A stretch of DNA of 64,000 bases from Mytilus edulis. Its lineage: Eukaryota. A model generated the notes under the pieces. That model saw only the letters and a list, made by a program, of their open reading frames with translations. It was not told where the DNA came from and made no database searches. The stretch spans positions 90,334,001 through 90,398,000 of the forward strand of contig NC_092351.1 in NCBI RefSeq assembly GCF_963676685.1, written 5' to 3'. This document shows positions 49,998-63,514 of this stretch, piece after piece; position 1 is the first letter of the stretch; each line of letters opens with the position of its first letter. The position numbers and the translations under genes are program-made.

Positions 49998-51599
49998 ATA
50001 ATATACTTCTCCATTACTGGTCTTATTTTGTTATAACTAAAGCATGTATGAAAATTTTGCATTTTTAAGGGTCTTTTGAATGTTGTCCTCAGGGGTACTT
50101 TCCCTCCTGTTACCGCTGGTTTTTTTTCCACCTGTCGACACAAAAATGTATTTCTTGTAATGTAATGTGAAGAGCATCATTTCCATAATGTATGAATCCA
50201 TTTGTTTAGGTGAATAGTAGCCAGTTTAATAAAAAAATCTGAACTCCCTAAAGATCAGAATTTTGAGAAAAATAATTTTGTTGTTCTCTCCTGTTACAGC
50301 CTTTTTGTGTACCTTCTGAGAATATTTTATTGTCAGCACTATAACAGTACATGTGTTTTTATAGTGTCTTATCAAATTGATATGTAGATGAAAGTAAAGT
50401 TTTACACAATTCGAGTAAATGCGTAATTCCTTTCTGTTGCGTTCTGTCATGTTACCTGCTAAAAAGTAACAGCATAACCATAATCAGTAACAGGAAGGAT
50501 GTTCAAGACAATTTCACTGATGAATTAAAAAGTTAATCGACTATATGTCAACCATTTCATTTAATATAAGTTATCATCACCATATTAAATAAATTTCAAA
50601 GTAATATACAGTTTATTGAATGAAAAAATAGTTTTTTTGCTTTTGATAACAGCAGAGAACATTGTGCAATTCTAGTATAGGAGATAGTAACAGGAAGGAA
50701 TTTATTTTAGAATTTTTCATCACCTAGGAAGTTTTTTCATCTCAGACTAGCAAATACAGTTTCAAAGGATAAATGACATTGTTTGCTTGTGGCCAATCTG
50801 AAATGATGTATTTTTCTTAAACTATAAAATAAAGCATTTTTATGAGAAAAAAATCATACTTTTTTTTTATTTTTTCTTATTGCTAAAAATAAGACTTTTC
50901 AGATATTGTCTCATATACAGTATGCGTTTTAGAAAGTTTCTCTTTCTTGGTGCATTTAATTTAAATCTCTGAGTCACAAACTTATTGCAGTACAGTGACC
51001 CATAGTACATCATGTCCACTCTCCTGTATTTATATCTTAATTGGATCACTTGTCATATAAAAAAAAACATTTCACCATCTTATATTATGTAAATTGAACA
51101 CCCAGATTCGCGTAACCCAAACAGAGACAGTTTTGAGAAATTGCGGTATTTAACTGTATCTAGATTTTTCATTGTTATGCAAGCCTGTCGATTTCATAAT
51201 TGATTAAATCAGTTGACGTTTAAAACAGATGATTTCTATAATTAGATTGATATGCTGAACCATAGAAGCGGATAAACAAAATGATATGGCTCTCTAATAT
51301 CAAGATATTTATTGTTTTCATGTACTTAATCAATTTCCCGGATTTTATGGGCCATGATGTATTATATTTCAGTATTGCATATTAAAAATCTAATTTCTTG
51401 GTGCGTTAGCCATCTTATAGAAAAAACAATTACGGCGAAGGAATTATTAAGTGGAATGATATTCCAAGACTACTGAAAACATGTTATTAAAATAACAGTA
51501 TGAAACTCTGAAAAGTTTAAACATTGGAAAATAAACGTACAATGCGAAAAGAAAATATGACAGTAAATTGAAATAATGTGCAACTTATTATAAGACAAG

Positions 51600-51990
51600 A
51601 TACATTTGATTACGTTGGTATAAGGATTTTCTTTGGTTTGGGGGGGGGGGGGGGGGGGGGGCATTTGATTACGTTGGTATAAGGAGTCAAGTTTTCTTTG
51701 GTGGAGGGGAGGCATTTGATTACGTTGGTATAAGGATATTTTCTTGGTGGAGGGGGAGGCATTTGATAACGTTGGTATAAGGACATTTCTTTGGTAGAGG
51801 GGGAGGCTTTTGAATACGTTGGTATAAGGATTTTTCTTTGGTAGAGGGTGGGGGAGGCATTTGATTACGTTGGTATAAGGATTTTTCTTTGGTGGAGGGG
51901 AAGGGGAAGACATTTGATTACGTTGGTATAAGGATATTTCTGTGGTGGAGGGGAGGGGAAGGTTTTGATTACGTTGGTATAAGGATAGAT
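51600..51990. repeat. G-rich minisatellite CATTTGATTACGTTGGTATAAGGA...GGTGGAGGGGGAGG
   Basis: About 7 copies with variable-length G-tracts. Confidence 0.9.
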
Positions 51991-52039
51991 ACCAAACTCA
52001 AGCTGGCAGCCAATCAATCTATCATATTGTAAAATTGTT

Positions 52040-52550
52040 ATCAATCGATTTATTATCAAAAATTTTATGATCGTTTTCAATCGATTTATTACATACACGT
52101 ATGATTTTTATCAATCGATTTATTACATATGATTTTTATCAATCGATTTATTACATACGATTTTTTATCAATCGATTTATGACATATGATTTTTATCATG
52201 AATCAATAGATCAAACATATGATTTTTATTAATCGATTTATAATATGATGGTGGCGCATTCGACTCCACAAAATAATACTATAGTGTTAGAAGTGGCGTT
52301 AAACACCAACCAATCAATCGATCACTTCATTTATTATACATGACTGTTATTTGTTGATGTATTATATATGACTGTTATTTGTTGATGTATTATATATGAC
52401 TGTTATTTATTGATGTATTATATATGACTGTTATTTATGGATTTATTATATATGACTGTTATTTATTGATGTATTATATATGACTGTTATTTATGGATTT
52501 ATTATATATGACTGTTATTTATTAATGGATTATATATGACTGTTATCAAT
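52040..52550. repeat. Two adjacent ~28-bp AT-rich minisatellites (ATCAATCGATTTATTACATATGATTTTT; TATATGACTGTTATTTATTGATGTATTA)
   Basis: Direct tandem copies at 52040-52245 and 52330-52550. Confidence 0.88.
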
Positions 52551-52989
52551 ATGATAATGTATCTTAAAACAAATACATATATATAACTGTAAATTTAACG
52601 ACAACGAAAAGTCTAATGCTTTAAAGTTCAAAATAGAACCCGAATAAATATTTCCAGACTTTAACTTAGTGTTAATATATTGCAGTGAAAAAAACTGTTG
52701 TTCTTTGAATTTGCTCGTTATTTTCAACGTTTTAACTAATGATGTTTGAAATCCAGACATATCGACTTTCTTTTACAGATTAATTATCTAAAGGTACAAT
52801 TACCATTGTCTCAAACATTCTAATGATGCTGAATGAAAAGTACATAAATACATTAAATCAACAAGGTTTCCTGTCTTTGAACTTATTTTGCAGAATGTTA
52901 AGTAAACAAATATCGACAAAAATTGAATAAATACCAGGCAACAGTAGTTAACCGATAAGTCCTCTAGTTATTTTGATCGATCGCTGAAT

Positions 52990-53310
52990 CGACAAGGGAA
53001 GTGTCTCGACTTTTGCCTACACGTCTTGTGAATCGATAGGGAACGTGTTGAAGGCCGTACGGTGATCTATAGTTGTTAATGTCTGTGTCATTTTGGTCTT
53101 TTGTGGATAGTTGTCTCATTGGCAATCATACCACATCTTCATTTTTATATTGTCTCGACTTTTGCCTACACGTCTTGTGAATCGATAGGGAACGTGTCTC
53201 GACTTTTGCCTACATGTCTTGTGAGTCGATAAGGAAAGTGTCTAGACTCTTGCCTGTACGTCTTCTGAATTGATAGGGGAAACGTCACGACTTTTGCATA
53301 CTCGCCTTGA
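52990..53310. repeat. ~44-bp minisatellite GTGTCTCGACTTTTGCCTACACGTCTTGTGAATCGATAGGGAAC, interrupted by a short repeat at 53047-53150
   Basis: Units occur on both sides of the insertion. Confidence 0.85.
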
Positions 53311-54974
53311 GTCAAAACCAAGGAAACGCATTAGGAAAAAAAAGCATCACAAAATCACAAAGCAAACAAATTTAGATATTTTCATAGTTCTTAGATTTGC
53401 TATACTTAAAAGGACTATGAGAATTACCTTATTCATTAATTTCGTTTTTTTTCCCGTTTTGTTTGTTTTCAACAAACTTTTTCAGATTGAAATGGTGAAA
53501 GAGTATACTGGTATAATTACTCGGTGAGCCTCGCTTTTTTCTCCCTGTTCCTAAAGCATGTCAAATATTTATGTTTTCCTACACTGTACAAATATTGTAT
53601 CTCATCCCATATACTAGTATAAGGGTATGGATGGGGTCCTGACTAAATTGTTGTATGCTTTATATTTTAAGTTTATTTTGTTTTTACTCTTAAAATAACA
53701 GTTCTCATGAAAACGATTTTCCTTTTTTTCTGTTTTTAACCAGAATTGTATTACCTAATTATTTTTTTCCACAATAATTTTATAAATTTTGCAAACCCAT
53801 TATTCTCTATTCTTCAGGGTTTTTGCTCACTGTTCGCTATTCGTTTTGTTATACATTCTTTATATGATATCGTGCCACTATGTGCCTTCTGACGTATTAT
53901 GAGGGACCATTGAGCCACATCTTTCTTCTACTTATCTGCGATATAAAAACACTATTTGCTCTCATTATTTAAGGTCACATAATTTTACCACTATTTCTTC
54001 TATGATACATTTCTTCTGCGTGCTGTATACTTTCGCTGCTTGTAACACCAACTTTCATTACTGATGACAAATGGCGGTTTGAGTCATTTAATTCCTATTA
54101 AATAAATACCTAGCTGTTAATGATGACAAATATCTGTCGTGACAGTAATAACATCGTCATACAGCGTCTGTTTATAAATATTTACCAAACTTTCACGTAA
54201 ACGACATAATTCAGATGTTTAATTTTAGAACAAAAAAAATATTGCAGTAAATAATCTTTTCATCAAATGCAATAATTTTCCTTTCGGCATGTTAAGTTTA
54301 AACTACCATGTTAGTAGGAATAATACTGTAATGTTTGTTCAGCGCAGTAGCAGTGTGAGGTAATGACTCCAGGGCGTTCTGTACTTACGTCCATCAGTCT
54401 GTCGTGTAGTAATCTCTAAGCACCAACATTTTTGTCCTAATTTGGGAGAATCTTATTCCAGATTCTGATTCAGAGTTGATTGGACAATTTATAACCATCC
54501 ATTGGAGAATCAATCTTTTTAACACCCGTAAGATAACCATCCACAAACGACCAAAGTACAAAGATGTACCAACTCATAGGTCACCGTGTGGCCTTCCAAA
54601 CGAGAAAGCAACGGCATAATTTATACTACAATAATAAGCAAAAAAGACTAAAAGTAGACATAATCCAACGTAAGGCAATCCATGAATTAAAAACTCCTAC
54701 CCTAGGAGGTATATATCTATATAAGAATGTCTTGGCGGAAACAGATAACAAGAATGTCTTAGAGGAAATAGTCCTGTGATAGGCCAACCCTCCTTGTATC
54801 TATATAAAAGTTGCGTAGCAACAAAACATAAACATAAAAGTTAAACATCATTTTGAAAGGATAACCATATTACACTAAGAATAAGCGTTATTTTTTTTTT
54901 AACAATAATAGAAAACAACATAAAGGAACGGAATAACTTAATTATGTCAATTTCAAAACGATCTTAAGGGGGCT

Positions 54975-57900
54975 TTGATGTGAAGTCATGTGCTGCAAGA
55001 ACATTGTCTGTTTAGTCTTGTGTAGCTAGATCAATGTCAAGCATGGAGCCAAGGCTCCGTGTTGAAGGCCGTACTTTAACCTATAATGGTTTACTTTTTA
55101 AATTGTTATTTGTATGGAGAGTTGTCTCATTGGCACTCACACCACATCTTCCTATATCTATATATGGTGTTGCCAGATCAATGTCAAGTCTTGTGTTGCA
55201 AGAACAATGTTTGTTAAGTCTTCTGTTGCTAGAACAATTGCAGAACAATGTCCGTCAAGTCTTGTGTTGCCAGAACATTATCTGTGGAGTCTTGTGTTGA
55301 CGGAACAATGTCTTTCATGTCTTGTCTTGCCAGAACAACGTCTGTCAAGTCTTGTCTTGCCAGAACAACGTCTGTCAAGTCTTGTCTTGCCAGAACAATG
55401 TCCGTCAAGTCTTGTGTTGCCAGAACAATGTCTTTGAAGTCTTGTGTTGCCAGAACAACGTCTGTCAAGTCTTGCCAGAACAACGTCTGTCAAGTCTTGT
55501 GTTGCCAGAACAACGTCTGTCAAGTCTTGTCTTGCCAGAACAATGTCTGTCAAGTCTTGTGTTGCCAGAACAATGTCTGTTGAGTCTTGTGTTGCCAGAA
55601 CAATGTCTGTGGAGTCTTGTGTTGCCAGAACAATGTCTGTCAAGTCTTGTGTTGCCAGAACAATGTCTGTTGAGTCTTGTGTTGCCAGAACAATGTCTGT
55701 CAAGTCTTGTGTTGCCAGAACAATGTCTGTTGAGTCTTGTGTTGCCAGAACAATGTCTGTTGAGTCTTGTGTTGCCAGAACAATGTCTGTGAAGTCTTGT
55801 GTTGCCAGAACAATGTCTGTGAAGTCTTGTGTTGCCAGAACAATGTCTGTTGAGTCTTGTGTTGCCAGAACAATGTCTGTGAAGTCTTGTGTTGCCAGAA
55901 CAATGTCTGTCAAGTCTTGTGTTGCCAGAACAATGTCTGTGGAGTCTTGTGTTGCCAGAACAATGTCTGTCAAGTCTTGTGTTGCCAGAACAATGTCTGT
56001 CAAGTCTTGTGTTGCTAGAATCAATGTCTGTCAAGTCTTGTGTTGCCAGAACAATGTCTGTGGAGTCTTGTGTTGCCAAGAAAACGTCTCTGGAGTCTTG
56101 TGTTGCCAGTACAATGTTTGTCAAGTCTTGTGTTGCCAGAACAATGTCTGTCAAGTCTTGTGTTGCCAGAACAATGTCTGTCAAGTCTTGTGTTGCCAGA
56201 ATAATGTCTGTCAAGTGTCAAGTTACCAGAACAATGTCTGTCAAGTCCTGTGTTGCTAGAACAATGTCTGTGGAGTCTTGTGTTGCCACAAAAACGTCTC
56301 TGGAATCTTGTCTTGCCAGTACAATGTTTGTCAAGTCTTGTGTAGCCAGAACAATGTCTGTCAAGTCTCAAAGTGCCAGAACAATATCTGTCAAGTCTTG
56401 TGTTGCCAAAACAATGTCTGTGGAGTCTTGTGTTGCCAGAAAAACGTCTCTGGAGTCTTGTGTTGCCAGTACAATATTTGTCAAGTCTTGTGTTGCCAGA
56501 ACAATGTCTGTCAAGTCTTAGGTTGCTATACCAATATTTGTCAAGTCTTGTGTTGCAAAAACAATGTCTGTCACGTCTTGTGTTGAAAGAGCAATATCTG
56601 TCAAATCTGATGTTGCCAGAGTAAGGTTAGTCAAGCCTTGTGTTGCCAGAACAATGTCTTTCAAGTCTTCGGTTGCCATAACAATGTCTGTCAAGTTTTG
56701 TGTTTCCAAAACAATGTCTGTCAAGTCTTGTGTTGCCAGAACAATGGCTGTCAAGTCTTGTGTTGCTAGTACAATGTCTGTCAAGTCTTGTGTTGCCAGT
56801 GCAATGTATGTCAAGTCATTAGTTGCCAGAACAATGTCTCTGAAGTCTTGTGTTGCCAGTACAATGTCTTTCAAGTCTTAAGTTGCCAGAACAATGTCTG
56901 TCAAGGTTTCGGTTGCCAGAACAATGTCTGTCAAGTTTTGTGTTGCTAGAAAAACGTCTCTGGAGTCTTGTCTTGCCAGTACAATGTTTGTCAAGTCTTG
57001 TGTTGCCAGAACAATGTCTGTGGATTCTTGTGTTTTCTGAACAATGTCTGTGGAGTCTTGTGTTGCCAGACCAATATCTTTTGAATCTTATGTTGCAAAA
57101 ACAATATTTGTGAAGTCTTGTGGTGTCAGAACAGTATCTCTGGTGTCTTATGTTGCAGAAACAATGTCTGTCAAGTCTTGTGTCGCCGAAACAGTATCTG
57201 TCAAGTTTTGTGTTGCCGAAACAATGTTTGTGGAGTATTATGTTGCCAGAACAGTATCTCTGGAGTCTTATGTTGCAAGAAAAATGTCTGTCAAGACTTT
57301 TGTTGCCAGTACAATATATTTGTGTTGCCAAATGAGTATCTGTCAAGTCTTGTGTTGCGAAACAGTATCTGTCAAATCTTGTGTTGCCAATACAGTATCT
57401 GTCAAGTCTTGTGTTGCCAAACAGTATCTGTCAATTCTTGTGTTGCCGAAACAGTATCTGTCAAATCCTGTATTGCCGAAACAGTATCTGTCAAATCTTG
57501 TGTTGACGAAACAGTATCTATCAAGTCTTGTGTTGCCAAACAGTATCTGTCAAGTATTGTGCTGCCAACAATGTATCTGTCAAGTCTTGTGTTGCCCACA
57601 CAGTATCTGTCAAGTCTAGTATTGCCAACACGGTATCTGTCAAGTCTTGTGTTGTAAAAACAGTATCTGTCAAGTCTTGTGTTGCCGAAACAATGTTTGT
57701 GGAGTATTATGTTGCCAGAACAGTATCTCTGGAGTCTTTTGTTGCAAGAAAAATGTCTGTCAAGTCTTTTGTTGCCAACACAGTATCTGTCAAGACTTGT
57801 GTTGCCGAAACAGTATCTGTCAAATCTTGTGTTGCTGAAACAGTATCTGTCAAATCTTGTGTTGCCGAAATAGTATCTATCAAGTCTTGTGTTGCCAAAC

Positions 57901-58615
57901 AGTATCTGTCAAGTCTTGTGTTGCCAAACAGTATCTGTCAAGTCTTGTGTTGCCAAACAGTATCTGTCAAGTCTTGTGTTGCCGAAACAGTATCTGTCAA
58001 GTCTTGTGTTGCCAAACAGTATCTGTCAAGTCTTGTGTTGCCGAAACAGTATCTGTCAAATCTTGTGTTGCCGAAACAGTATCTGTCAAGTCTTGTGTTG
58101 CCAAACAGTATCTGTCAAGATTTGTGCTGCCAACAATGTATCTGTCAAGTCTTGTGTTGCCCACACAGTATCTGTCAAGTCTAGTATTGCCAACACGGTA
58201 TCTGTCAAGTCTTGTGTTGTAAAAACAGTATCTGTCAAGTCTTGTGTTGAGTATTATGTTGCCAGAACAGTATCTCTGGAGTCTTATGTTGCAAGAAAAA
58301 TGTCTGTCAAGTCTTTTGTTGTCAGTACAATATATTTGGAGTCTTGTGTTGCCAGAACAGTGTTGTGATGCCAGTAAACTGTCAGTCAAGTTTTGTGTTG
58401 CCAGAACATTATGCATGTGGAGTCTGTTATCTTTCTAAGGAAGTATTTGTCAAGACTTGTGTTGCTAGAACAGTATCTTTGGAGTCTTAAATTCCAATAG
58501 CAATATCTGTCAAGTACTGTCTTATGTTGCCAAACAGTATACCTAGAGCAATATCTGTCAAGTCTTATGTTGCCAAACAGTATACCTAGAGCAATATCTG
58601 TCAAGTCTTATGCTA
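54975..58615. repeat. 30-bp satellite GTCTTGTGTTGCCAGAACAATGTCTGTCAA, ~120 units, drifting to GTTGCC(G)AAACAGTATCTGTCAA
   Basis: Seen directly. Homogeneous core at 55540-56010, with a short-repeat insertion at 55045-55162. It explains all the Cys-rich ORFs here. Confidence 0.97.
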
Positions 58616-60167
58616 GAATAATGTGAACATTTATTTTGGCGATCTTATAATTATTATTTCCTAAAATTAGGAATGTTTATTAGAGCTGTAAGAAAAAAAT
58701 CACAATTTTCAAAACACGTGTTGTTTATCGGATTATGAAATCTTGATCTTTAAAGTGTTTCCATTACTTGGAAAATAAATGTAAAGCGATTTAGTGACAT
58801 TGGAAATAGCTTAAGGGTGCTGTCGCCGATACTTGACGGGAAAAGTCGTATTAATACATAATTAGGGAGAATAAGTCAGCAGGATTTATGACCATCAATA
58901 GCAATTTATAGTAAAGATAGAGGCGAGGGTTGTGGAAAACTAAAACAAAATACCAGCAAAAGATCAGAATTTATGAAATGACATGGCTAGTGTGAAAGAC
59001 AACGTAAGGATAATGTTGATGTAGTAAGAAAACTTATTTATTACGTCATTATATAATAAATGAATATATGCAACAGAGGGGAGGGCAGCACTTCTTTGTT
59101 TCGTTTCTGATACATGTACCATGCTCTTGATTTAAAAAAAAGTAAGAAAAAGAAGAAACCAGTTTGTCAATAATTTTTCCATCAATTAAGAATTAAAAAT
59201 CTTGAACAAAAAAGGCGTCTTCTCTCACACCCTTTTACCCTAATAAATATTTTCTAAACTTATTTGTGCAAATTTAATTTCATGGTTATTTAAAGTTTGA
59301 AATGCTAACAACCTTTGTTTCTGTCTAACTCATTTCGTATTTGTTGTCGTGCTCATTTCTCTGATATAAATTAACTTAGCTGTGTGTTGAATTATATAAA
59401 TATTTAAAATTTCTTGATGAAAAAAATGTTTCAGAAAGGTAGTGAAAAGGGTTGTTCTTTTAAATAGAAAAACCCAAAAACAACATTGATTAAAAGATAT
59501 TGTCCAAACATACAATTGGTAAACGTACCATTTTTTTTTTATTGTGTTAGATCGTCCAGAATAAACCACTGTCCCCGACAAAAGATTGTTTCAATATATA
59601 TATGTATAAGTTATACTTGTTGACCTAGATTGTCATTCTGATGATATTGGTCATAACAAAGATTCCCGTTGACTTTCTAATCCTGACTCATTGTCAAATT
59701 ATGTACAAGTTAAACATCTTAGGTAGATTTTCAATTGTTACAGTTTCTCAACAATTTTAGTTTCACTTGGTTAGCCTTATCTTAAAGGTAAATTGATTCA
59801 ATTTAAATCTTTACAAACCAAATATGTATTTTGAATTGTGTATTGAAAATGTTTTATTAGCGAATCATTTACCTGTGCTTAAAACTGGTATTAATAGCTG
59901 TATCTGATATGTTTGTTAGGATAAAGTCACTGTCGTCAATTTTAATAAAATCTTCTCAAATCTATAAAAGATTGTGAAAATGTTCTGGTTGTAAATATGA
60001 TTTTAACGGAGTTTTATATCCCGTTGAAGAAATACTATTTACGTCGTATAATTTTTATTTACGTCGTATTTAATTGTTATTTCTGATTATTTCTAAACAA
60101 GAGTTTTGATTGATACACTTTCTACAATGCACACAGATGTTCTGAAGTAAACGTCAGTCAGTTACAG

Positions 60168-61192
60168 TCGAGCGTCCAATGTCACTAAGTCTAGAGGTAT
60201 GGGAACCGTCAAGCGTCCAATGTTACTAAGTCGAGAGGTATGGGAACCGTCAAAGGTATAAGAACCGTCAAGCGTTCAATGTCACTAAGTCTAAAGTATG
60301 GGAACCGTCAAAGGTATAAGAACCGTCAAGCGTCCAATGTCACTAAGTCTAGAGTATGGGAACTGTCAAAGGTATAAGAACCGTCAAGCGTCCAATGTCA
60401 CTAAGTCTAGAGTATGGGAACTGTCAAAGGTATAAGAACCGTCAAGCGTCCAATGTCACTAAGTCTAGAGGTATGGGAACCGTCAAGCGTTCAATGTTAC
60501 TAAGTCGAGAGGTATGGAAACCGTCAAAGGTAAAGAACCGTCAAGCGTCCGACGTCACTAAGTCTAGAGGTATGGGAACCGTCAAGCGTCCAATGTTACT
60601 AAGTCGAGAGGTATGGGAACCGTCAAAGGTATAAGAACCGTCAAGCGTCCAATGTCACTAAGTCTAGAGTATGGGAACTGTCAAAGGTATAAGAACCGTC
60701 AAGCGTCCAATGTCACTAAGTCTAGAGTATGGGAACCGTCAAGCGTCCAATGTCACTAAGTCTAGAGTATGGGAACTGTCAAAGGTATAAGAACCGTCAA
60801 GCGTCCAATGTCACTAAGTCTAGAGTATGGGAACTGTCAAAGGTATAAGAACCGTCAAGCGTCCAATGTCACTAAGTCTAGAGTATGGGAACTGTCAAAG
60901 GTATAAGAACCGTCAAGCGTCCAATGTCACTAAGTCTAGAGTATGGGAACTGTCAAAGGTATAAGAACCGTCAAGCGTCCAATGTCACTAAGTCTAGAGT
61001 ATGGGAACTGTCAAAGGTATAAGAACCGTCAAGCGTCCAATGTCACTAAGTCTAGAGTATGGGAACTGTTAAAGGTATAAGAACCGTCAAGCATCCAATG
61101 TCACTACGTCTAGAGTATGGGAACTGTCAAAGGTATAAGAACCGTCAAGCGTCCAATGTCACTAAGTCTAGAGTATGGGAATCGTCAAGCGT
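60168..61192. repeat. 58-bp minisatellite made of 40-bp and 18-bp subunits sharing AAC(C/T)GTCAA
   Basis: AACCGTCAAGCGTCCAATGTCACTAAGTCTAGAGTATGGG + AACTGTCAAAGGTATAAG. Confidence 0.96.
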
Positions 61193-61204
61193 GCGTCTGT
61201 TGGT

Positions 61205-61645
61205 CTAGAAAGCATTGTTGTATGTAGACCTCCGGAAAGAATATGTGGCTAATTACAGACCTCCAGAAAGCATTGTTGTCTGTTTACAGACTTCTAAAAA
61301 GGATATTTGTCTGTTTGCAGACCTTCAGAAAGGATATGTGTCTGGTTGCAGACCTTCAGAAAGGATATGTGTCTGGTTGCAGACCTTCAGAAAGGATATG
61401 TGTCTGTTTGCAGACCTCCAGAAAGGTTATTTGTCTCGTTGCAGACCTCCAGAAAGAATATTTGTCTGTTTGCAGACCTCCAGAAAGAATATTTGTCTGT
61501 TTGCAGACCTCCAGAAAGGATATTTGTCTGTTTGCAGACCTCCGGAAAGGATATTTGTCTGGTTGCAGACCTCCAGAAAGGATATTTGTCTGGTTGCAGA
61601 CCTCCGGAAAGGATATTTGTCTGGTTACAGACCTAAAAAATATGT
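61205..61645. repeat. 31-bp minisatellite GCAGACCTCCAGAAAGGATATTTGTCTGTTT
   Basis: About 13 copies. Confidence 0.95.
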
Positions 61646-63514
61646 AAACGTCTTCCTGCGAATGTGGATTGTCTCTTCCTTGGGGATACTTGATTTAGGA
61701 GGAGAATTCTAATAAGTTCGCTGCAACATGTTTCTTTCTTAAATTTCACCACCACCAGCAGCCACAACCCCGTTTCACCTCACAATAATCCAACCAACAA
61801 ACAATAAAAAAAAATCAAAAACACAGAAACAAAAACGCGCAGAGCCAAAACCTCATCAATTTGTGTACTGAAATAGTATTACATAATTAGAATAACCTAA
61901 TAAAAGGTAAGCTTTGAACGAACTATGGTTTATTATAAGCTTTTTTTTCTGTTAATCGTACAAACTCAATTAACTGGTGACTCTCTTGTTTTCAAATTAA
62001 AGTGTAAATGTAATAGAATAGAAAGGAGACAAGGCAGTATACATTGCTAGCAAAACAATCGCGCTTTCATTGCTATCTTTCTTCCTAAAGTCACAGTGTA
62101 TTTATAATATTTCATACCCTGTGTCACTATTTTTTGCAGGATTTATAAAAGCTTTATACATCTCTCCTTTTCATTTTATCATTGCGGAGCTTGTATATTA
62201 AATTTAGCCAAGAAATAAGCTAAAAGGCACTTCACTTTTCTTTTGTCCACTAACGACTTCTATAATTTAAGGGTCTAATGTGAAAGGTGAAAGTTAAAAT
62301 CCAATTCTAATATCTTATTGGATTTGTATTGTTAGTATTGATAAGAGCCTTTAAACTTCAGGTAGATTTTAAACCTTTAAACATGAACAAAGACATATTG
62401 TAGTAAAGTAACAAATTCAACAAGACAGAAATCAATGAATCACAAAATTCACATAGTTTATATACAATAATCCAATTGCGTTCTATTTAAATAATCTATT
62501 GAGGTTTCTGTCTTACACTATAATAAAGATCAGATCTTATATTTAGGTTAAAAAATAGACAAATATAGAGACAAACATTCTCTACTGATTGTCAAAAATA
62601 TTGACCCATATGTTTTATCTCTATACGGCTGAAAAGGACACTTACGATTTATTTGTCGATTTTACATCTAATAAAACTATTTAAATTTCATATCAAAGTA
62701 AAACTCAATTTCATCATCTCAACAAATATTTGATTTTCCTCAAAAAATCACTTTATAATTTGGGAATATGCATTGTATCCGTGAAGCATTACACGAAAAC
62801 GTATTAATCCTTCCCGACAAACACACACACACACCAACCCACACAAACAAATATTTTGGATGGATAGAAAGATTTCCCCGAAATCATTCCTCCAGAGTTG
62901 ACCCATTTATGAATATTAATATAAATAGGGAAGTTTAACGTTAGTTTTATTTTAAAGTGATAACGTATAGTGAATATACAATTTATATCATTCGGATAAA
63001 AAATAACGGAAATATGAACAAGATAACCAACTGACGATTAATCTCTTACCAAAGTATTTATTCATTTATCATAAATTTATAATTTATTACAGAAAAATTA
63101 AGCAAGATTTACATGTTACATCTGTATATTGAAGGTCGATGGTTTACTTTCATAGTAAGTTTTGATCTGGAAAACGGACAGAAGAGCTGTAAAATTTTAT
63201 GCGTATAGAAAACAATAATTTCAAGACAAATAAACAGAAATGTATATGGATGCTAAATGACCAACTGCTGAAAACTAAAAATGTTGGTTTTTTTTATATC
63301 ATTTTATTCGACGCAATGCATCAATAAATGAGGATTACAAAAAGCAGACACACAACTCGCAATACCAATGATTGCTATATTATGGCTGCTCCCAAGTTAC
63401 TACACTATTTAACATTTGACATTGCAAGTTAACACTTTAGTCGGGTCGGAACCAAGTCCCATTGTCAGAACCTGTGTGAAGATTGACAAAGAATGAGTGA
63501 GTCAAAGTCACTGA

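Noticed and set aside
55114-58604. Metallothionein/keratin-associated-like Cys-rich CDS
   Set aside because: These are translations of a 30-bp satellite with frame-breaking indels, open on both strands, with no signal peptide or splice structure.
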